In this document: positions 59,101 through 64,000 of the stretch, piece after piece
Numbering within the stretch: the stretch's first letter is position 1
How the letters are laid out: each line of letters opens with the position of its first letter
NCBI GenBank assembly: GCA_963932515.1
Contig: CAWVRT010000008.1
Coordinates: 183-64,182, forward strand
From: an uncultured Chitinophagales bacterium
GTDB taxonomy: Bacteria > Bacteroidota > Bacteroidia > Chitinophagales > UBA8649
DNA length: 64,000 nt
Direction: 5' to 3'
The notes under the pieces: model-generated
The model's database searches: none
The model's input: the letters and a program-made list of their open reading frames with translations, nothing else
Told to the model about the DNA's origin: nothing
Program-made: the position numbers and the translations under genes

Positions 59101-60334
59101 TGTATTGGAAATCACTAATTATGGTGGTCAAGTTTTGACTAGTGCAATAGTAGAATATAAACTAAATGGAGGGTCAATACAAACGTTTAATTGGACAGGA
59201 AATTTACCTTCTACGCAATCAACAACAATTACGTTACCGCTACAAGTTTTACTAAGTGGCAATAATACTTTTTCTGCCAATACCTTCTTGCCTAGTGGCG
59301 TGACGGATGAAAATCCTACAAATGACGCCTTATCGGGTACCATTACAGCAAGTCCTTTAGATGCACCAAATTTCAATGTGCCATCACAAATTTGTGATAC
59401 AGCTATTGCTACCCTTACGGCAACGCCAGTTAACAATGGCAACATACTTTGGTTTGATGATTTATTGGCTTCTACCCCAGTTTCTACCAATAACAATGTA
59501 ATCATCAATTTAGCCAGTGGCAATTACGATTATTATGTTCAAGAGGTTATTGATACCCTAACACAGTTTGTTGGTCCAAGCACCTTCTTTTCTGGTGGCT
59601 ATTTTCAAAATACAGATAGATTTTTATACTTTGATGTTTTAGATGACGTCATTCTAAAAAGCGTAGAAGTAAACGCTGATACAGCTGGACTTAGAGTAAT
59701 TGAACTAAGAGATGCTAATGGATTAGTTTTACAGCAAGCAAATATAAATATACCGCCAGGAATTAGTCGTATAAGCTTAAATTTTGCAATTGCTCCGGGA
59801 ACTAATTATCAATTACGCCTAGGTTCTACTGGAATTAACGGTTTATGGCGATCGAATGAAGAGACAGATATTCAGTATCCTTACAGTATTAATGGACTCA
59901 TTTCTATCGTTGAATCTGATGTTGGTATTGATTTTACACCCCCTCAACCAAACGAATTCTATTATAGCTTTTACAACTGGGAAGTAATAAACCCATACTG
60001 TGAAAGTAGTAGAACATTAGTAAATTTTGATGTTGAAAATTGTGGTGATCCAGATTTGGTTTCTATTAATGAAAATGATTTGATTGACCTTGTTCAACTA
60101 TACCCAAATCCCACAAGTAACCTTCTAAATATTAATGGACAGGGAATTCCTGGAAGTGTTTTAGTAATAGAAGTATATAACATGATGGGGCAACTTATCA
60201 TAAAAAAAGATTTTGAACATAGTGGAAATATCAATAATAATATAGACTTAAGTAATACAGTTACAGGAGTTTATCAAGTGCGAGTTAAATCAGAAGACAA
60301 GCAATTATTATTACGTGTAGTTAAAAAAGATTGA
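56186..60334 (+). CDS. S8 (subtilisin-like) serine peptidase, multidomain, with T9SS C-terminal sorting domain
   Basis: Signal peptide and propeptide-like region, then the catalytic triad motifs (VAITDDAI, HGTHVSG, GTSMASP). Three CARDB-like repeats each carry FNW(T/S)GNL..(G/T)Q. There is a module with DCYGSEITW...DSYGDGMYG, a MAM/choice-of-anchor-J-like domain (LPFTESFES...WTILNPDNDITW), and a C-terminal LYPNPTSNLLNI...VYQVRVKS tail. Confidence 0.9.
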   Translation: MKKILFTFFLLLLSFTIIQAQNVDEWYQDGIVVFQLKPNAKLIILAQNQYVTIQEVEFLNLLQEEFGIIEGFQFFPNYKDDLLRNTYQIKFTEIDKVEALINKIEQLPFIEYAEKKELHVKFVTPNDLGANSTTGTGMWHLYKMQAEQAWDLSTGSANIIVAITDDAIKIDHPDLVNKVIQGNDVTDQNSNNPSPCGGNDGNHGTHVSGTVGADTNNGMGVASIGWNVSIMPVKIGRCSDGALTGGYEGVAWAANNGADVINMSWGGGGSSTFGQNVANNATNQGAILVAAAGNDGTNQLFYPAAYNNAIAVASTTNTDAKSSFSQYGSWIDIAAPGSAILSTWADNGYNRIQGTSMASPNVAGLLGLMKSHAPNATNADLIQCLYSSADPVTSFTADMGAGRINAYAAMQCAGNFSFDTDAGISEIIQPNGNICGSDFIPQIQLRNFGSNPLTTVSINWEWNGTPNTFNWTGNLTTGQTDLITLPLQIAVGGSYTFTATANLSGDQNASNNTSIENFVVDPTGQEIDLNIITDCYGSEITWNIVDDNNITVLSGGPYSNVAGGETISNIYCLPVGCYTFNIADSYGDGMYGSQWDGCSDDGDYTAETVTGIPLFEMTAANADFGNSTSHDFCLIADGVDNDASISQIINPAGTLCSTQILPEVSIKNYGSNNLTSAVINYSTGGGNQTFNWSGNLTTGQSQVVTLPNITAAPGNIVFSAFTSSPNGGLDDNLTNDLSQVNVTVYANGLNLPFTESFESNSFNTNLWTILNPDNDITWDIVTTAGNTPGNKSARMNFYNYTQASQRDGLVSPMINLNGYSSVELDFEHAYRRFTVQGSNQPAPTDSLIVYISSDCGVNWQRVFQGGENGTGSLATNVSTNQDFVPQTIEDWCLQQVLVNGNLIGSNCFTVNLDAFIGEQIFVRFGGFNAGTQGNNFYLDNINITGVPVPNQFDAGISDVLNLSSICGTSFEPVLEITNYGGQVLTSAIVEYKLNGGSIQTFNWTGNLPSTQSTTITLPLQVLLSGNNTFSANTFLPSGVTDENPTNDALSGTITASPLDAPNFNVPSQICDTAIATLTATPVNNGNILWFDDLLASTPVSTNNNVIINLASGNYDYYVQEVIDTLTQFVGPSTFFSGGYFQNTDRFLYFDVLDDVILKSVEVNADTAGLRVIELRDANGLVLQQANINIPPGISRISLNFAIAPGTNYQLRLGSTGINGLWRSNEETDIQYPYSINGLISIVESDVGIDFTPPQPNEFYYSFYNWEVINPYCESSRTLVNFDVENCGDPDLVSINENDLIDLVQLYPNPTSNLLNINGQGIPGSVLVIEVYNMMGQLIIKKDFEHSGNINNNIDLSNTVTGVYQVRVKSEDKQLLLRVVKKD

Positions 60335-60379
60335 TCATAAACCCAAGCCTTTTGGAATAGAATTATTACAACTCAAATC

Positions 60380-60420
60380 AATACTTTGTTCATTTTTATA
60401 ATGGGCAAAGTATTTTTATT
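60380..60420 (+). terminator. Possible terminator after the S8 peptidase gene
   Basis: 9-bp stem aatactttg (60380-60388) / caaagtatt (60406-60414), followed by T-rich sequence. The loop is long (17 nt), so the call is weak. Confidence 0.4.
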
Positions 60421-60426
60421 TAAAAG

Positions 60427-60651
60427 CTACTCACTATAATACTTAGCCTTCAATATTTTACCTCCTTTCAATTCTAGAACAAGAACATAAATTCCAGAAA
60501 GTACTGAGATATTTATCGTTTGCAGTTTCTCCGTTGAATAGTTTTGCGTAAAACTAATTTCACCAATACATCATATATGCTGATAGTTTGAATCGGTTTA
60601 ACTGCATAAACATTTAATATATATTTATCTTTTAAGAAGCACAAGTTAAAT
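60427..60651 (-). pseudogene. Orphan, frameshifted fragment of a T9SS C-terminal sorting domain
   Basis: The minus strand reads ...KDKYILNVYAVKPIQTISIYDVLVKLVLRKTIQ, then after a frameshift NYSTEKLQTINISVLSGIYVLVLELKGGKILKAKYYSE* (stop at 60427-60429). There is no upstream ORF body, because a stop lies at 60652-60654. Confidence 0.65.
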
Positions 60652-60666
60652 TACCGCTACTTTATT

Positions 60667-60738
60667 GCCGTGTCAGGTATTTATAAATAGCACAATGATT
60701 GTTTTTGATAGTTGTCTGATGGAAATACCCGACATGGC
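60667..60738. repeat. Imperfect 16-bp inverted repeat in a locally GC-richer patch
   Basis: gccgtgtcaggtattt (60667-60682) pairs with aaatacccgacatggc (60723-60738), giving 14 Watson-Crick pairs, 1 G-U and 1 mismatch, with a 40-nt loop. Confidence 0.8.
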
Positions 60739-60822
60739 GGAAAATTGTAGATCCGTGCAGGCTTAAATTGAAGTGTTAAATAAATAGTTTAATACCAAAC
60801 CTTGTAGACATATAAAATACAT

Positions 60823-61107
60823 TTATCCAGAAAAATGCGGATAACTCATAAAGAAAAAAATCTTTGTTTTAGAAGTTTTAAAATGAGCAGAAATAATAAC
60901 ACCGATAGGAATACTGATTAGAATAGGTGAAACAATCATTGCACTTACAAAACCATATTTATTCCATTGAGTCAATATTTTCTCCATTTTAGCACTATAA
61001 CCATTCGAATTTTTCTTTTTCTTTTTTAATAAATTTAAGATTTGATGTCTAAATTGATAAGAAATCAAAATAGAGACAATTGAAGCACTGAAATTAATAA
61101 TGAGCAT
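60823..61107 (-). CDS. Small multidrug-export-like membrane protein (COG2426-like), possibly 5'-truncated or frameshifted
   Basis: The C-terminal half (WNKYGFVSAMIVSPILISIPIGVIISAHF) resembles small multi-drug export proteins. An N-terminal-like piece (YPIGYNLSVSFCLAYLKILWNFF) lies upstream in another frame (about 61108-61200) without a start codon. Confidence 0.4.
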   Translation of the reverse strand: MLIINFSASIVSILISYQFRHQILNLLKKKKKNSNGYSAKMEKILTQWNKYGFVSAMIVSPILISIPIGVIISAHFKTSKTKIFFFMSYPHFSG

Positions 61108-61227
61108 TCTCCATAAGAATATTCAAAAAACTGCACTTAAAGAAGTTCCAAAGTATCTTTAAATAAGCTAAACAGAAAGAGACTGACAGATTGTAACCAA
61201 TGGGGTATTTTTTGTAATATATCTTGA

Positions 61228-62103
61228 TTAGTAGATACTTTGCAAATTAAGTACCAATATAGAAATGACTGCCAAAACTAAACCAATCAAATTATATCTG
61301 TTCAATTTTTCTTTAAAAATAATAACAGCTAAAACTGTTGACAATATGACTATGCCAATATTATTTACGGGAAAAACAAAAGAATCTTCCCAAATTTCAA
61401 CATTTAAAGCCTGAAATAAGAAGTAGATAGAAAAGTAATTAGGTAAGCCTAATAGGATTCCTGCTAGGATAGTTTTTTTTGTAAAAAAGTTTTGTTTCTT
61501 TTTGATGTTATTGAATAAGGCAATGCTCATTCCAACACAAAAAGCTGTAAAAAATATAACCAAATTAAACATCTCGAAACCACCATTTGAAAAATACTTG
61601 ATAGAAACATTTTGAACGATACTATCTGCGACACCACTACCTATAAAAATAATTATAGGTAAAGCCATCAATTTATAATCAATCTTTTTGGAAGATTGAT
61701 CTTTTTTGAAAGAAGTAAATAACACGGCTAATACAGTTAGAATGATTCCTATTGTTTTTAGAGGAGTAGTTTGTTCTCCATAATAGGTGAAAGCTAGAAA
61801 TATAGGAATTACATATCCTAGTTTCATCGCAACAGTAGTAACAGATGCGCCCATTTTTTGTGTCGTTTTTGCTATCAAAAAAAACAAAGAAATGAAAAAC
61901 ATACCTAAAACTAATCCAAGTGGTAGCCAGCCTGTCATGTAGTCTGAAAAGCTATAGTCTTTAGCAAAGAATAGTGCAATAAGTACGCATACCAAATAGT
62001 TAATTACTATGGCATAAAACGTATTGACTTGCAGTTTTTTAAATAGTACAAAAATAATCATCAAAAGAGAAGAGAATAGAATAGAAAGTAAAAGCCAGTG
62101 CAT
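61228..62103 (-). CDS. EamA/DMT-superfamily transporter
   Basis: 291 aa with about 10 TM helices in two similar halves. Confidence 0.7.
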   Translation of the reverse strand: MHWLLLSILFSSLLMIIFVLFKKLQVNTFYAIVINYLVCVLIALFFAKDYSFSDYMTGWLPLGLVLGMFFISLFFLIAKTTQKMGASVTTVAMKLGYVIPIFLAFTYYGEQTTPLKTIGIILTVLAVLFTSFKKDQSSKKIDYKLMALPIIIFIGSGVADSIVQNVSIKYFSNGGFEMFNLVIFFTAFCVGMSIALFNNIKKKQNFFTKKTILAGILLGLPNYFSIYFLFQALNVEIWEDSFVFPVNNIGIVILSTVLAVIIFKEKLNRYNLIGLVLAVISILVLNLQSIY

Positions 62104-62111
62104 TATTTTTT

Positions 62112-63161
62112 TTAGTTTAAATCGTTGATTAGTATATTTATATGGTTATCACTTAAAGTGAAGCATTCAATAGATTTACCTTTAATGTTTGGTGCTAAAA
62201 TGCCATTTGCTAGTTCGTTTTGCCCCGTCAAAATTCTTGCTTCATCCCAAAGGTTTGTTTTTATAAAAGAGACTAGCGTTTTTGCGCCGCCTTCTATAAT
62301 TACAGAATTTATACCTTGTAAGTATAAAGACTTAAGTATCTGTATTTCTACCTCTTTAGAAAAGTCAATTTGAACATAGCTAATAAGACCTGAAGTTTTT
62401 GTCTTTACAGCGTTAAAAACAATTGTTTTAATTTCTTGATTAAATATTATCAAATCTTTTTTAAGTTCTAAATTTTTGTCAATAACGATTCTAATAGGGT
62501 TTTTTCCAGTATAAAGTCTCGCATTTAATCTAGGATTATCAATCCTGGCAGTTTCTTTACCTATAAGAATAGACATTTCTTCTGTACGCCATTTATGAAC
62601 TAATTGCTTACTCTGTTTATTTGTTATCCAAAATTGTCTTTCATCTTTTGCTGCAAAAAATCCGCTTGGAGTTTCTGCCCACTTTAAAATGATATAAGGT
62701 CTTTTCTTTTGATGAAAAGTATAAAATCGCCTATTGGTAAATTCACATTCTTTTTGAAGAATATTATATTCTACAGAAATACCTTCTTCTTGAAGCATTT
62801 TTAGTCCATTTCCCGCTACTAATGGGTTTGGATCTAAACTACCGACAATTACTTTTCTAATGCCACTAGCTATAATCAATAAACTACATGGAGGTGTTTT
62901 ACCCTGATGAGAACAAGGCTCTAAACTTACATATAGAGTCGCTTTAGAAATTAATCCTTTATCTTTTGCAAATACAGATTTTATACAATTTACCTCAGCA
63001 TGTGCGCCACCAAATATACTAGTAAACCCTTCCCCAATAATTCTATCTTCAAATACCAATATAGCACCAACAGAGGGATTTGGAGAGGCTAAAGAAATTC
63101 CTTTTTTAGATATTTCAATACAGCGCGTTATGTATTTTTCATTTGTCATTGAATCGGACAT
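62112..63161 (-). CDS. ribD: Bifunctional riboflavin biosynthesis protein RibD (deaminase/reductase)
   Basis: Cytidine-deaminase-like zinc motifs HAEVNCI and PCSHQGKTPPC, plus a C-terminal reductase domain (IIEGGAKT). Confidence 0.9.
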   Translation of the reverse strand: MSDSMTNEKYITRCIEISKKGISLASPNPSVGAILVFEDRIIGEGFTSIFGGAHAEVNCIKSVFAKDKGLISKATLYVSLEPCSHQGKTPPCSLLIIASGIRKVIVGSLDPNPLVAGNGLKMLQEEGISVEYNILQKECEFTNRRFYTFHQKKRPYIILKWAETPSGFFAAKDERQFWITNKQSKQLVHKWRTEEMSILIGKETARIDNPRLNARLYTGKNPIRIVIDKNLELKKDLIIFNQEIKTIVFNAVKTKTSGLISYVQIDFSKEVEIQILKSLYLQGINSVIIEGGAKTLVSFIKTNLWDEARILTGQNELANGILAPNIKGKSIECFTLSDNHINILINDLN

Positions 63162-63191
63162 AAAAATAGTTCTTTTTTTATTCTAAGTAAT

Positions 63192-63226
63192 AAAAACAAA
63201 AAGCATAAACTCATTTGAATTTATGC
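63192..63226 (-). terminator. Weak terminator-like hairpin between the porin-like gene and ribD
   Basis: 7-bp stem gcataaa (63203-63209) / tttatgc (63220-63226) with a 10-nt loop. On the minus strand it is followed by tttttgttttt. The stem is AT-rich and short. Confidence 0.35.
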
Positions 63227-63335
63227 GCACGTGTTAAATCAATTTCAGCAGCTTGTCCCATAATTTGGTTTAGATTACTGAATGAAATGATTTTACTATA
63301 AAGAATATACAGAAGATGTTGAAGTGTAATCGTAT

Positions 63336-64000
63336 TTATTCAAAAAATCGCCAACTAGCACCGAATGAGAAAGTTCTTCCGTTAGAAGGGTAACTTAAGG
63401 CTTTGTAATAGTTTTGAACAAATAAATCTTCATTGGCATAGTTTAGTTTCATGTAAACTCTTACACTTTTAATTTTTGCATTTATAAAAACATCTACTAC
63501 CGGAGTATAATTCATGGTTTGTGCTTCTTGTACATAAAATTGTGCGATTAAAGGATTCCAAGCTCTAGCTTTGAAATTTGTATTAAATCTTAAATCAAAA
63601 CCAGCGGCTAGTAATAAGTTTTTCTTGAATAATTTGAATTGAGCAAAGAAACTAGTTTTTAGAAATAATTTTGGCAAGGCTAATATTTCAGGATGATTAC
63701 TACTCTGGAACCCTATAAAATTGTTCCAATGCCATATTTTCCAATGCGTATTTTTTTGAATCGAAACATTCCAATAAGTAATTTTTGCAGCTGTTTGCAT
63801 AGGAGTGGAGTGTTTGTCAAAATAGACATAATTGTTTAATAAGTCAAAATTAGCTTCAAATTTAAATTCTTGATTTATTAATTCATAGCTTAAGTTTCCT
63901 TCAAGTATTTTTTTGTTTTTAAAATTTGAATTATCCCAATTTTTACTATTTGAATTGTAATGCGTTTCAATCCAAGAAGGTCTTACTGATTCATACAGTA
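63336..64000 (-). CDS. Putative outer-membrane porin-like beta-barrel protein (5'-partial; continues beyond the window)
   Basis: The frame stays open from 63800 to the window end (…YESVRPSWIETHYNSNSKNWDNSNF…). The sequence alternates aromatic and polar residues in a beta-strand pattern and ends in ...FGASWRFFE, with an aromatic residue near the terminus. Confidence 0.55.
   Translation of the reverse strand, partial: LYESVRPSWIETHYNSNSKNWDNSNFKNKKILEGNLSYELINQEFKFEANFDLLNNYVYFDKHSTPMQTAAKITYWNVSIQKNTHWKIWHWNNFIGFQSSNHPEILALPKLFLKTSFFAQFKLFKKNLLLAAGFDLRFNTNFKARAWNPLIAQFYVQEAQTMNYTPVVDVFINAKIKSVRVYMKLNYANEDLFVQNYYKALSYPSNGRTFSFGASWRFFE

Noticed and set aside
63162-63335. FMN (RFN) riboswitch upstream of ribD.
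   Set aside because: The 174-nt region is AT-rich and lacks the GC-rich conserved RFN core helices. Only a weak 7-bp hairpin is present, more simply read as the terminator of the upstream porin-like gene.
1-64000. Defence island, prophage, integrative element, toxin-antitoxin pair or biosynthetic gene cluster as the hidden system.
   Set aside because: I see no nuclease/helicase/methyltransferase sets, no cas genes, no phage structural genes, no integrase, transposase or flanking tRNA, and no PKS, NRPS or RiPP hallmarks. Gene content outside the glycan locus and the surface-protein genes is ordinary housekeeping with conserved Flavobacteriia-type neighbourhoods.

Overview
This is an AT-rich chromosomal segment (about 30% GC by eye, not computed) that looks like Bacteroidota/Flavobacteriia. 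The markers are a type III glutamine synthetase, a long NusB, a nusB-DUF1573-yajC block, four intact proteins ending in T9SS C-terminal sorting domains, and TAnnTTTG-type -7 boxes. Standard code 11 applies, since TAA, TAG and TGA all terminate intact genes. I support about 52 intact CDS, mostly housekeeping (glnN, accC, argS, alaS, glyQS, nusB, yajC, gdhA, ribD, phoH, mltG and others). Accessory content falls into four groups. (1) A tightly packed 12.4-kb Wzx/Wzy-type polysaccharide locus (28785-41205) has two flippases, two Wzy/O-antigen-ligase-like proteins, a short Wzz-like protein, WecB, a TagA/WecG-type GT26, a WecA/MraY-type initiating transferase, and a MurB paralog translationally coupled to a pyruvyl transferase. 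(2) A two-gene surface module (11767-14273) encodes a small T9SS-CTD protein and a 661-aa secreted mosaic protein (43 uninterrupted Gly-X-Y triplets, MopE-type Cys-rich repeats and a DUF1566/Lcl-type C-terminal domain). The module, together with the 3' end of the DTW gene, lies between two 81-nt diverged direct copies of an internal piece of that gene. (3) A 1382-aa S8 peptidase carries a T9SS sorting tail. (4) There is an unusual density of gene relics: a DTW fragment, an o-succinylbenzoate-synthase relic, a double-frameshifted ychJ-like gene, a regulator relic with two in-frame TAGs, an orphan T9SS-CTD fragment, and possibly two more. I found no rRNA, tRNA, CRISPR array, transposase, integrase, or recognisable defence or toxin system. 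I cannot support a claim of a wholly new multi-gene system. The best candidates for something undescribed are the collagen-like mosaic module with its rearrangement scar, and the MurB-like/pyruvyl-transferase pair. All family assignments come from motif recognition by eye, with no searches run.
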